Positions 1-12,690 of a stretch of DNA of 64,000 bases are shown here, piece by piece. Below the pieces are notes generated by a model that searched no databases, was not told the DNA's origin, and saw only the letters and a list, made by a program, of their open reading frames with translations. Position 1 is the stretch's first letter. Each line of letters opens with the position of its first letter. Source of the stretch: Octopus vulgaris (lineage: Eukaryota); assembly GCA_951406725.2 (NCBI GenBank), contig OX597824.1:34224001-34288000 (forward strand), in the 5' to 3' direction. The position numbers were made by a program, and so were the translations under genes.

Positions 1-771
1 ATTAACTTCTTGGTAATGATAATTATTAGTTATGTCTAGTGAGTTGTCTGAGCAGTTCATAGACTTCATTTCATTGGTGCCCTTATTACTAACTCCACCT
101 GTATATCTAACAGATCCAAAGAATTGGTTCTTTGACAGTGTGCCAAAGATTTCATTGCATTGTTTTGCTTTGAGTACACAGTAAATTGACTACTTGCCTA
201 TTCCCTTTCTACATTGGAAAGCAAGGCTGTTTCCCAAATAAACCTGGAATTTATATTCTCTGTTATCAGTGAAGACTTTAGCCTGTATTATATTGATCTT
301 TGAAATCTAGACCATTAGTTTAGGTCTGGAACAGTTCTTCAGATTCAACTGTTAGATCATCAGAATGTAAGAATTGTCAAGAACTATAATGAATCTGAGA
401 AGACGGAAGTTTTCTGACCCTTGGCAGATTAAATTCCTTCCTGAACTTGTTACCAATTCTGACCTTGCAGAACTTGTACATGGTTTGAATGGCTGTTACA
501 AGCGTTTCTCTACATCTAGTTTCTTGAGTTAGGGGCCCTATGAACAGCTTTCTCCAGATCAGCCTAGTTGAACAATTTGCTTTCAGCTTATAATTTATCT
601 TGCTGTTATCTCATTAAAAGTGATCTTAGAGAACTCGGTTAATTAACTTAACATTTTCAATTGTTGATGACATCATGCATGGTTTTCAGTTTCTCTTTGG
701 ATGGTTAAGTTGCTAATTTGTTACTAGATGAGGTGTGGTTATAGTTATAGTCTTTCTTAAAACATATTTAA

Positions 772-983
772 CCCCTTAGCATTCAGATTATTCTGTCAAA
801 TGTAATGTTCGTTTATTCACATTGATTCAAATTAATCATACATTATTTTGTAGCTTTGAAATTTCAATAATGTGATTGATTATTTTTAGAATAGCTTAGG
901 TGTGAAGGGCCAAATCTGACTGGTTTGAACTTAAAATAGGTAGAGTATTTGGGCTGGGTGTGACCAGTTTAAATGCTAAAGGT
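772..983. mobile_element. piggyBac-type MITE
   Basis: TTAA on both sides; termini CCCCTTAGCATT...AATGCTAAAGGT; related copies at 5471-5689 and 56497-56716, partial at ~28995-29195. Confidence 0.75.
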
Positions 984-3201
984 TTAAAGTTTGACATAAC
1001 GATTATGATAAAGCATAATTTATTTTATGTATGAATGGAATTCAATACTTTTTATAGACATGCCATGTTAAAGCAATTTTTTAAAAAACTATTTTTGGCA
1101 TCTTTAGCATATTAAAATTGTACAATATACTATCCACTGTTTACATCTCCCAAATGTTCTTTGAGTATTCTCCAATAATAAAAAAAATTGAAACAGGGCA
1201 CATCCTCTCATGTACTACCCATAGCTCATCAGGGTAGCTAAATAAATAATAATCTGCTTAGTTGTGTCTTCACGTTAATGCAATAATTTCAAAACTTTCA
1301 CAAGAGATAAGCAGAATCAGTCTATAATGCCTGAATGTTATTTCTCTCTGTTACCACCTGGGAGATACTTCTTTGCCAATACCCTCCTTTTTCTTTCACA
1401 TTCTATTTTCATCTATTTATTCAGTCACTTACTCTTTTATGTTATTATATACCCAATACAATATTTTTTATTTACTACTATCTTTCTCTTTTTTCCCTAT
1501 CCCCCCCCCCCACTCTTTTTTCATTTTTGTTAACTTTACCTATCTCTCCATATCTCTATCCCTGAGTACCTACTTTCTTCAGTAGCATTGTAAATCTTCA
1601 GTTACCTATCAGTGGACCACTTCAAGAGTAGTGGGTATTGATTAACAACTGATAAGACAAATACCTGTGAAGTCCCTTTCATTCCAAATTGCTGATGACC
1701 ATCCAGTAACACAAATCTGATGATTCTAGTTGGGTGATAACACAGTTCTTGATTTACCAATTTTCACTGACGTTTCTTTTGAGTCATTCTGCTGTTGGTA
1801 AAGATTCCACAGTAGTAGCCCAGCTTTGTAAGATAATGTAATGGTTAGTAACACTTGTGAGTTGGCAGTCCACCCTCTTTCATCTACCATCAAATGAACA
1901 ATGATATGTTAATTGTTCTCAATCTATTGGATAATCTTCTCTATAATGTATATCAGCATTTGTCGATTTTTTTCCAAACTGGGCCCTGCTCATCACCTCT
2001 TAGTCAGGCCCAGAGAATAATGGCAAAAGCTCTTGCTTGGAAAATGCAAGACTACCACTTATTTCAAGGTTCTCTACATCATCTTCCAAGAGGCTTCTTC
2101 TCTGGCAGACTTCCCAGTATCTTGCACAGACATATCCAGCAACTGTGTTGAGATCTTGGAATGAGGTTAGGCCATGATCATTATGCAAACAGTTGTCTGG
2201 GATTTAAATACATGATAGAAATTCTTCATTTAAAAAAAATCTTATCTTCAAGAAGTTAGCTTGCTGTTTCAGATACCTTGGCATTTATTCCTTCATTGTT
2301 TCACTTTTAAATTTGTTTATAGTTTTAAAAAAATATTCAGGTATTATATACAATTAATCAGCTTGTTAATTTTTAAATTGCTCACACACACACTTCAGAC
2401 ATAAAAATTAACCAACCTCTTTCATAGGGTATCACGCCTGAATATTATTAGAAATGTAAAATGTGAAACAAAGAATTAATAAATTTTCTATCTTCCAAGA
2501 TATTTGCAGCCTCATAGTAACTTTTTGACAATATGATTTTTAAATCAGTGATTTAATTAATATCAGCATTCCAATACACACACACACACACACATACAGT
2601 GAGGGAGAGAAAATAATGTACACCAGACTGTCATCTGAGAAAGATGGACAAGAGAAATTAAAGAAAACCAGTTTGATGTGACTGATGTTTCTTTTCCTCC
2701 CACGACAACTATTAATTTCATTACAAATTTCAGTCTCTCTCTGTACATCTTTTCTTGACTCATTTCTGTTTTACCCAGAAAGGGCATTGGGACTTTATTG
2801 TTCATAGATTATTCTGGGTTACATATGGATCTCTATGCAAAATTTAGTAAGACTAAACTTAGCCTTACTAAATTTTGCTTAGAGATTCATATGATTCATT
2901 AAGAAATTGTTTCATGGCAAACTGTCATGCTTTTTCTGGAGATAAAAGATTTTTTTTTTATATAAATCTCAAAATTTATACTTTTATATCTAATTTGATT
3001 CAATAATTTTTTTTTAGCATTTTTTTAAAACCTCAGAAATTCTTTCTGGTTTTGGTTTTCAGCCTCAATAGATTTGTTTTGGCAAACTTATTCTTTAAAA
3101 TTTATCCGAGATTACATAATTTGAAATATATCATTATTAATATATTCAACACAATTGTTGTTATTCATCTATTGTGATATCTAACATTTACATATTTCTA
3201 A

Positions 3202-3537
<336 letters not shown>

Positions 3538-3724
3538 TAATTGAATGAAATTTAATAGTATTTTAGAATGCCTAATGGTATTTAAAATTATTTTTATGAA
3601 TTTGTGTACATTTAAACTAATTAAATATTATTTTACAGAATAATAGAATTAGAATTTCTTTGATTAAAACCCTTTCTAACATGGAAGTATCCAAAGAGCA
3701 TTTGAGGCACATAATTATAATATT

Positions 3725-4083
3725 TGGAATGGAGAAAGTTCAAATCATGTAAACCACAATGAACACATATGTACAGATTTAATTAAGATAACAATTGTGC
3801 AAAGGACATATACTGATATATTAAAAATACATATAAAAATATATGAATATTAAAAATGTATATGGACATATAAATATATGAATATACAAACATAGCAATA
3901 ATATAATGAAGTATAGGATTGTATGTCTTTTTTAAAAAAAGAAAGAAATATAAGGTAGAAAGAAAATAATAGGTGTCAAAAAAATATTTTAGGTCACGTA
4001 TTAAAAGAAAATATATTTTTATATTTATTTTTAATATATCAGTGTTCATTGTAGTTTACCTGATTTGAACTTTCTCTATTCCA
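3725..4083. mobile_element. MITE with ~42-bp imperfect TIRs
   Basis: TGGAATGGAGAAAGTTCAAATCATGTAAACCACAATGAACAC ... GTGTTCATTGTAGTTTACCTGATTTGAACTTTCTCTATTCCA around an AT-rich core. Confidence 0.65.
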
Positions 4084-4734
4084 TTTATTATACATTCATA
4101 TATATACATACACATAAATAGTATAAAGTATTGAAGAATGGAGTCAGCAAATTGCTGCTTATTGCTTAATTTACATTTGACTTGGGCACTTCTATGCAGT
4201 CTGTATCTTTCATAAGAAAAATATAACTATATATATATATATATATACACACACACATATATTTACCCACACACTATATTTACACATAAATCATATGAAA
4301 ATTATATTTGATTTTGACAGGGCCAAGCTAAAGTTTTATACCAAGCTTTAGCACTAAATTAGGAGTGTGACTTATATGTGAGTTAATCTAGTATATAACT
4401 ATGTCTCTCATATTAGAAACACAACAAAGGTGCTAGATCACTGATGATGTAGCCATTAATTCTCACCTTGTTATTTCTGTTTTTGTGTTGTGTTCCTGTG
4501 CAATGTAATGTCTCAGTCCTACTGTTAACTGACATAATAAAATAAGTTCTACTGCTTCCTTGTAGTTGAGTGGATTAAGGATAGAAAGAGCACTCAGCTA
4601 TAAAAATAATTCAGTGAGAGGATGAGGAATGGTTCCATTACCTATTGAATAAGGTTTAATGTTCAACTTTATCTTCTGTTAGCTTGGGTGGAAGTTGTAC
4701 ACTGTAAATTTGTTCAGAGGAGAGATGTCTAAAG

Positions 4735-5090
4735 CAGTGTTTCCCAATCTATTCTATCCCCTGGTCCCACTATAACTTTCCAGAAGAATGTATATTCTAC
4801 CGGTGAAAAAACAGAAAGAATAATTTATTGACTTCTCATAATTATATAGTTTCCTTAAAGAAATATCCACCCTAGGGCATTAGAATAGCACTATACTGTA
4901 GCAAACAGTCTTCACACAGTACGCTTGGCTAGAGGGATTGGTTTGGCTAGGCTGAATATAGGTGTAGTATGTTTGCTGTGAAAAAGAAAAGATTTTCACA
5001 ATTCCATCCCCACTAAAAGAAAAAAAAGGTTCCACCACAATTTTCCCATGCCCTACCAGTGGGGTGTATGTCTCTTGTTGGAAATCACTA
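4735..5090. mobile_element. hAT-type MITE
   Basis: Termini CAGTGTTTCCCAA / TTGGAAATCACTA; flanking 8-mers GTCTAAAG / GTTTAAGG resemble a decayed 8-bp TSD. Confidence 0.55.
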
Positions 5091-5470
5091 GTTTAAGGTT
5101 AGTAGTTGAAACATATTTGTGAATGTTTTGGTACATGTGTAACTGAAGCACCATTCTAGATATGTGACTACTTGCATCTTTTACAGAATCACCAGTTGAT
5201 CAAAGCTGAAGATTTGGTTGCTCCAGAAGCATTATTTCAGATGCAGGGACAAGACTCCATAGTGGACCTGTCTCTGAGCTTTGTAGGATGTCATGAATTG
5301 TTTGGGGGTTTCATGTATCTTCTGGCCTTGAAGTGTAGGGTCAGTTATTGGAATGCAACTATAGTTATGTTGAGAATGTGATTTTACTAGAAAAGATCCT
5401 CAGGCACAGTTGTGGTTCTGTGGATAAGAAGCTTGCTTTGTAACTTTAGTAATGTGCTGCTTATTATTGA

Positions 5471-5689
5471 CTCTCTAGCATTGATTATTCTATCAAATGT
5501 AATGCTTACCCATTCACATTGTTTTGAATTAAAATCATGCAGCATCTCAGTTTTAAGATTTCAGTGATGCAGTTGTTTATTTTTAGAATGACTTTGTAGG
5601 GTAGGTGTGAAAAGCCAGGTCTAGCCAATTTTGAACATAAAACAAGTAGAATATTTGGGTCAGATATGGCCAATTTAAATGCTAAACAG
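5471..5689. mobile_element. piggyBac-type MITE (older copy)
   Basis: Alignable by eye to 772-983; TTGA/TTAA flanks. Confidence 0.65.
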
Positions 5690-5861
5690 TTAAGTTTGAA
5701 TTTTATCATAGAAATGTTTGATTATAATCTATAATATTAAAGTTTTACTTTGAAAAATAATGATTTAATGTTATTTCTTCCACTTTTTAAATGGTTTTTA
5801 TTCAAGAGTAGTTATAAAGGTTTATAGTCATTTATTTGATTTTGTATTTCAATTTCTCTAG

Positions 5862-5966
5862 GTAAACGAAGATTCAATGTACGTCTATGGAAAACTTTTA
5901 CAGACTGCTTTAATTGCCTGCCAATTGCAGCTATCATAGATGAAAAGATATTTTGTTGCCATGGAG
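5862..5966 (+). CDS. PPP1CB: PP1beta exon 4
   Basis: ctctag|GT AAA CGA AGA TTC ... CAT GGA G|gtcagt; (C)[34 protein letters not shown]; 105 nt, phase matches both neighbours. Confidence 0.97.
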
Positions 5967-6455
5967 GTCAGTTTTCTTTCTTCCTTTTTAACTATTTTCT
6001 CCTACATTTTGTTTTCAAAGCATTTTGTTTTGCTTTTGTACTTACCTTTTTCATCAAGTTTTTATGTAAAATCTCTGACAGATCTTGTATTAGAAAATGA
6101 AAATTGTTGGTTGAGAACTGAAATATCTTCTGGCGCTAAAGGAAAAAGAGATGTAAAACAATGATGATGATATAAGAATTACATAACTTTTTAAATAGAA
6201 AATATTAAAAAACAAAACCATTAAACCAACCATAATGTTTCATTTTCATATAAGTTTTTCAGGTAGGCCTACCCTAGAGTTTGTTACATTGAAAGACCTG
6301 GGTTTTTTTAATGCATGCTGAATGCATTCTACATTAAAAACACCTATTTAACTATTAAAATTCATTTAAATTTCTCTAAAATTACACACTAATCTATAAA
6401 ATGTTTTTGTCCTGTGAATTTTGTTTCATTTCTTCCCTATCTTCTGTTCACCTAG

Positions 6456-6527
6456 GTCTCTCTCCAGATTTACAGTCAATGGAACAAATTCGTAGAATCA
6501 TGCGCCCTACTGATGTTCCAGACACAG
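6456..6527 (+). CDS. PPP1CB: PP1beta exon 5
   Basis: cacctag|GT CTC TCT CCA ... GAC ACA G|gtaata; [25 protein letters not shown]; PDTG (rather than PDQG) and an intron at this position are beta-isoform features. Confidence 0.96.
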
Positions 6528-7029
6528 GTAATAAAACAGTTGCCATATCAGTTTTCTTTAACTGTCACCAAAGTCGTCCTTTCAAGTTGGTCCAAATTCT
6601 GCTCTCAATATTCATAGTGTATCTCAATGCTAACAATTCTGTGCTGCTTATTCAATAGCAATACTTAAGGAAACAAAATGAAAAGCAATGCTTTTTTTCT
6701 AAAAAGTAATATGTACTTTTTCTGGAAGGCATTTATAAAATCAATCAAGTTTTCTTTTTTGTATTTTTAGCATGTCATTTGACCATAGGTTACTAATTTT
6801 CAGTTGAAGATCTGATGGAAATTCTTCAAAAATGCTGCTAAGTGAATTTCAAAAGATTTTTAATGCATTTGCATTTTCAACAAGATCTGAAAAGAAACTG
6901 TAGCTTCAGACAAGGGAGAATATTATGAGTGAATTTGAAATGAAATGGGGAAGTTAAAATTATTTGTGATGTATCTTACAATAGTATGGTACTTAAATCA
7001 TTATATTCACACACATACATGCACATATA

Positions 7030-7970
7030 TTAGGTTGTCAAGAAAGTTCTTGCGGAATTTTAAATTTTGATTTTAAATGATGTATGTTCAAATTAATTTT
7101 CGTTAAATTACTTTGACTTTATATATCATTTTAAAGCCTGTTTTTCGCTCTATCTAATCTGAATTAGACGTAATGTATACAACAATTTCCAACCACTTGA
7201 AAGAGACTGGAAAAACAAAAATACTTGAGAAATGGGTGCCGCTTAAATTGAACAACAACCAAAAAAAATGCCATTTTGAAGTGTTGTCTTTTCTTCTTTT
7301 ACGACCTGTTGCTCAACCGGATTGTGACTTGTGATAAAAAGTGGATTCTTTACAACAACACGTGATGCTCAGCTCAGTAGTTGGACACTGATGAAGCTCA
7401 ATGGCACTTCCCGAAGCCAAAGTTGCACCAAAAGAAGGTCATGGTGACTGTTTGGTGGTCTGCGGTCTGTCTCATCCATCACAGCTTTTTGGATCTAGGG
7501 GAAACCATTATGGCAGAGAAGTATTGTCAGCAAATGGATGAAATACATATGAAACTGCAACAGCCAGCATTGGTCAATTGAAAAAGGCCAATTCTTCTCC
7601 ACGACATGCTTGGCCGCACATCACACAACTGACCCTGCAGAAGTTGTACGAATTGGGCTACGAAACTCTGCCTCATCTGCCATACTCACCATGCCGCTAG
7701 CCTACCGACTACCACTTTTTCAAGCATCTCGACAACTTCCTGCATGTGAAATGCTTCAAAAACCAAGACGATGCCAAACATGCTTTCAACGACTTCATCG
7801 CCACCAGAACGCAGGATTTTTATGCTACTGGCATAAATAAACTTGTTTCGCATTGGCAAAAGTGTGTTGATTCTGATGGTGTTTATTTCGATTAATAAAG
7901 TTTTGTTTGAGCTGAGATATGTGCATCTGAATTTAAAGGTTAGACTGCAAGGACTTTCTTGACAACCTAA
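7030..7970 (+). mobile_element. mariner (Hsmar1/cecropia-like) transposon, internally deleted, pseudogenised transposase
   Basis: TA-TTAGGTTGTCAAGAAAGTTCTTGC ... GCAAGGACTTTCTTGACAACCTAA-TA TIRs; broken frames read KWVP, RIVTCDKKWILYNN, PKPKLHQKKVMVTVWWS, YSP..PTDYHFF, HWQKCVDSDGVYFD*. Confidence 0.92.
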
Positions 7971-8391
7971 TACATCAAACGTGTTCTTACAAAGGAAAGG
8001 AAATAAAGCATAAATAATACAGAGAAATGTGAAACATTTTAAGTGAAAGCATTACTAGAATTACGATATACATAAAATACATTGTTATACATATTTTTGT
8101 ATTTATATAATCCTATAATGTTATGTGTTGTAGAAAATGTTTTTACATGCATGACCTGGTGGAGTGTGATTCAGCAATTCTTTTTGTTATTCAGCTGACA
8201 ATAAGTCTTGTGTTATTTGAAGCAGGTGAAAATGTGAGTGGATAAACCGCTTATGCAGTTTTGTGAATATCAACGTTTTTTCCAAAGGCTATGATCACTA
8301 ACTTTTTACCTGTTGACTAGTTACTACTAGTGTGCTATGACCAGTATTCTTTTATTTAGAACTTTCTTTTATCATTCTCTTTATGTTTCAG

Positions 8392-8543
8392 GTCTTTTAT
8401 GTGATTTACTTTGGTCAGACCCTGACAAAGAAGTACATGGCTGGGGAGAAAATGACCGTGGGGTTTCTTTTACTTTTGGCGCCGAAATTGTCAGCAAATT
8501 TCTGAATCGACATGATTTAGATCTTATTTGTCGAGCACATCAG
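8392..8543 (+). CDS. PPP1CB: PP1beta exon 6
   Basis: tttcag|GT CTT TTA TGT ... GCA CAT CAG|gtaagc; [50 protein letters not shown]; 152 nt. Confidence 0.97.
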
Positions 8544-8624
8544 GTAAGCAGTCAAATTTATGGGAAATTAGCAGTGACATCCGGCATTGCTCGGGATTAA
8601 AATGGCATAGTTTTTTTTTATTAT

Positions 8625-8822
8625 TTTACTTGTTTTGGTTATGTGACTGCAGCCATGCTGGAGCACCACCTTTAGTTGAAGAAATTGACTCCAGGATTTA
8701 TTCTTTGTAAGCCTAGTACTTATTCTATTGGTGTGTTTTGCCAAATGGTTAAGTTACAAGGCTGTAAATACAGAAACATCAGTTCTCATGCGATGGTGAG
8801 GGTACAAAGACACACACATACA
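8625..8822 (-). mobile_element. tRNA-derived SINE family A, 3' half
   Basis: Matches the 3' part of 32260-32659 (ATGCTGGAGCACC...CTTTGTAAGCCTAGTACTTATTCTAT). Confidence 0.75.
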
Positions 8823-9054
<232 letters not shown>

Positions 9055-9833
9055 TCATCATCATCATCATTTAACGTCCGTTTTCCGCGCTAGCACGGGT
9101 TGGACGGTTTCGACCGGGGTCTGGGGAGCTAGGGACTGCCCCAGGCTCCAGTCTAGTCTGGCAGTGTTTCTACAGCTGGATGCCCTTCCTAATGCCAACC
9201 ACTCCGCGAGTGTAGTGGGTGTTTTTTACGTGCCACCTGCACAGGTGCCAGAGGGGTCTGGCATCGGCCACGTTCGGATGGTGCTTTTTTTTTTGTGGGG
9301 GGGGTGCAGAAATATAGGGGAGCACCAGTGGGGAGGGGTGGTTCAGAGAAATGATGACAGGTTCTAGGCAAGTAGAACGTAGGATATCAAGAGAGGGGTA
9401 ATGCATGGTGAAATAGCGTATTGAAGAGGGGTTCGAAGAGTAGACACCTATAATGGTGGGAGAAGCGACATCCGGTATAGATGGAGCAAAAATATAGAGA
9501 TATCCGGTATTGGTGGTGGGGGTGGGCAGGGCGGGTGCACCGCGAATACACGATGGTTGATTATGAGAAGAGAAATGGATAAATTAGTTAAAATAATTAG
9601 ATAGATAGAGAAATTAGATAAAAATATTTAGATAGATAAGAAAGCATGTATGATCGATCGAAAAGTGAAAATAAATAAGCATTCAAACTTCTGCGCTCGG
9701 GTGCTAGATGAATGAATGAGAGAGCAAATGTATGGGGCTGCCTTTTTTAAGTAAAATTGTCCGGAAGAGGAATTTTTGGACAAGGCGGAAGTGTATTAAA
9801 GGAACAGGCTTCAAGATGGCGAATACACAATGG
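9055..9833 (-). mobile_element. Non-autonomous RTE-tailed retroelement, apparently complete
   Basis: (GAT)n tail and the 3' end shared by the RTE LINE pieces in this window (CTACAGCTGGATGCCCTTCCTAATGCCAACC); CpG-rich non-coding 5' part. Confidence 0.7.
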
Positions 9834-9864
9834 ATATATATATATATGCATATATATATATATA

Positions 9865-10238
9865 CTAGCAGTATCGCCCGGCGTTGCTCGGGTTTGTAAG
9901 GGAAATAACTATAAAGCATTTTTAGAGAGTTATAGCCAAAAAATGGGAAAAAAAAATGATGGTAAATTTTTTTTTCGTTAAAAAGGTCGAGTTGCGTCCC
10001 CTAGACAGTCTGTGGTTTGTGTTTCTGATTCTCGACCCCATGTCGAATTTATCGATTTTTTTCAGAACTGGGGGAACTTTTTAAAATTTTCGCTGCGTTA
10101 GTTTTGAATTATGACATTGGGCTATGTGTGTGTCAAGTTTCATCAGAATCGGTTGAAAGCCGTGGTCAGGGTGAGGGTAACAACCTAACAGACACACAGA
10201 AACACACACAGACAAACTGCCGTTTATATATAGAGAGA
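9865..10238 (-). mobile_element. Non-autonomous Helitron-like element
   Basis: Minus strand reads A|TC ... CCCGAGCAACGCCGGG hairpin ... CTAG|T; no TSD; inserted at an AT dinucleotide within a (TA)n tract. Confidence 0.75.
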
Positions 10239-10302
10239 TATGCATATATATATATATATATATATATATGCATATATATGCATATATATATATATATATA
10301 TG

Positions 10303-10367
<65 letters not shown>

Positions 10368-10402
10368 TATATATATAGATAGATATACATATGTACGCAT
10401 AT

Positions 10403-11269
10403 ATCCATGCAGCCATAGGATGAATTTGATCAGATAAAATGCTTAAATAGTCCTGACTATTAATTCTGCCATGAAGGGAAACAATTGGGCTGGCGGATTT
10501 CCAAGATATAGCACCCCCAGATCATCACAGATCCTCCTTCATGTCTAACAGTTGGAAGAAAGCAGTCTGGGTCAAATGCTTCTTTTAGCTACGTCCACAT
10601 GTATACTTGGTCGGTGGTCAGAAATAAGGTAAAGGATGACTCGTCTGAGAAAATAACGTTCTTCCACTGCTCTAAGGACCAATTCTGTAGGCTTTTACTC
10701 CAGTCCAAACGTTGTGCCGCATTTGCTTTTGAAAGTAGTGGTTTTCTGATTGCTGCCTTCCCATGAAATCTGGCTTTGTGCAGCTCTCGGCAAACAGTTT
10801 TTGTGGAAACTGGGTTCTCAAAGTGGTCATTAAGCTCTGCAGTAATTTTGGGAGCTGTACTTTTGTGATCCTTTCTAACAATTTGCATAAGAGTCTGATG
10901 ATCCCTATCTGAAAGTTTTAGTTTTCTTCTGGAGTTTTGTTTCAACAAGGAGGCTTTTCTTTCTTTCTCAAAGGCTGTCATTACTTTCAAGACAGTACTT
11001 CTTGATACACCAAACATTTCGGCTGTTTTCATTACGCTAGTGCTTGCCATATGAGCACCAACAATTGGACCTCTTTGAAAGTCTGATAGATCTGTCATTT
11101 TAATTACCTTTTTCTGATGATATCTGTAAAGAAACTGCAAGTTGAGCGAAACATATTAAACAACACTAATAATAAATCAAAAGACATAAAAATAAACAAG
11201 CTTTTGACAGTTTTATAAATATTTCAAAATTATGATGTTATGTGTTTCCATTATTTTGTCTAACCCCTG
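10403..11269 (-). mobile_element. Tc1-family transposon, 3'-truncated
   Basis: TA-CAGGGGTTAGACAAAATAATGGAAACAC terminus; ORF 10589-11140 with an HTH region and WKNVIFSDES, then frameshifted PTVRHEGGSVMIWG; second TIR absent. Confidence 0.9.
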
Positions 11270-12290
11270 TATATATATATATATATATATGCATTCATGC
11301 ATGGATATAAGTGAAATAATAGTTTCAGTATTAATAGTGAAACTATTAAATCTGAAAGTGTTATCCCACTTTACAATAGAGATGTTATTGTTTCACTTTT
11401 GACACGTAATACTGAAATAGTGTAAGAGATTGCTCCAGGCTTGCATTAGGCAAGAAGTTGAAAATATTTTTGGCCCATGACACTGCATGAATCCTAAGTA
11501 AGATGTGTAAAATTTGAATGAAAATGTGTGAAGCCTACATTATTGTTCCGGTCACTTGTCTTAGATGGTGAAGCTGGTACAGACATGTATCAACATTTTA
11601 TACTTCATTTAAAATACAAGAAGTTATCCTCCACTTGATTGGCAAAGCTTCAGTTAATAATATGAATGCCACCTTTTGTCCATTGATATGCCCTTTTCTT
11701 TTTTTTTTTTTCCCCCCTAGTGTGATTATAACAGTTTCTCCTCATTTGAACTAAAAGGTTCCTTTGTAGCCACCATCCTACATCCTTGTTTCTTCTCGTT
11801 TTATCATCACCCTACAACCTCTACACCAAATACTTTCATGCTATGCTTTTCCTATGCACATCTTGTTGACCTCAAACAGTCAGAGGTTTGCAAAGACTGA
11901 GCTTTGCTCTTCTCTCTAAGTAATGATAATAATCATCTTTTGAAATCTGTTTTTTCATGCTGTCATGGATTAGACAGATCTTCTCCACCACACTACCCTA
12001 CATTGGTTACTGACCTCCCCTAGCAACAATAATACTATTCACTTTGTTGTTGTATATGTCATAGTTCTTAGAGTTTGATGCTCTTCCTACCACCAACACT
12101 AAAGAAATTGTTGGCAGAACTAAAGGATTCCCTCAACTATGCATCAGTTTACAGTTAATAATAATAGTAGTAATAATAATAACTAGCTCGACCTGTCAAA
12201 AATTCACAGAAAACATTAAAAAGTGTATTACAGAAATGTATTTGCATAGCAAGTGACCTGATCTGAGATCTTGTGCTAGAACGAAAACAA

Positions 12291-12482
12291 TGCAGTGTGG
12301 AAGGTGTTTATAAACCTGTTAGATTCACTTCAACATTTAAATTTAATTTGCCAAAATATTTTTGTCGCTTTGAGACCATGACCTGTTTACTGACAAAATT
12401 CCGTGCAGCACGGAATTTTGTCAGTAAACAGGTCATGGTCTCAAAGCGACAAAAATGTCTTATAAACACCTTCCACGCTGCA
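12291..12482. repeat. Perfect 49-bp-arm palindrome (12358-12456) with outer 23-bp arms
   Basis: ATTTTTGTCG...CCGTGC-A-GCACGG...CGACAAAAAT; outer arms TGCAGTGTGGAAGGTGTTTATAA / TTATAAACACCTTCCACGCTGCA. Confidence 0.95.
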
Positions 12483-12544
12483 ATAAAAAATGTAAGCATC
12501 TGTAAACAGTGTACTGGTGCCATGAGAAATGTTTGCATATTATG

Positions 12545-12690
12545 ACCGTCTGTCTTTATGTTCTGAGTTCAAATTCTGCCAAGATTGACTTTACCGTTCA
12601 CCCTTTCGGAGTCGATAAATTAAGTACCATTTGTGTACTGGAGTCGATCTAATCAACTGGCCTCCTTCCCATAAAAATTTCAGGCCTAGA
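12545..12690 (+). mobile_element. SINE family C (Meta/MESC-domain-like)
   Basis: GAGTTCAAATTC B-box-like motif plus GACTTTACCGTTCACCCTTTCGGAGTCGATAAATTAAGTACC; minus-strand copies at ~13690-13825, 18285-18490, 24410-24740, 47520-47715. Confidence 0.7.

Noticed and set aside
1-2200. Possible PP1beta exons 1-2, or LINE remnants at ~60-700 and ~1560-2200
   Set aside because: No PP1 N-terminal sequence found; the segments look like old decayed repeats but no diagnostic motif was readable.
10589-11140. 183-aa transposase ORF as a domesticated or active gene
   Set aside because: Frameshifted after the first catalytic Asp, 3'-truncated, and only one TIR.
12273-12545. ORFs on both strands sharing the same peptide (FCRFETMTCLLTKFRAARNF)
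   Set aside because: A trivial consequence of the DNA palindrome.
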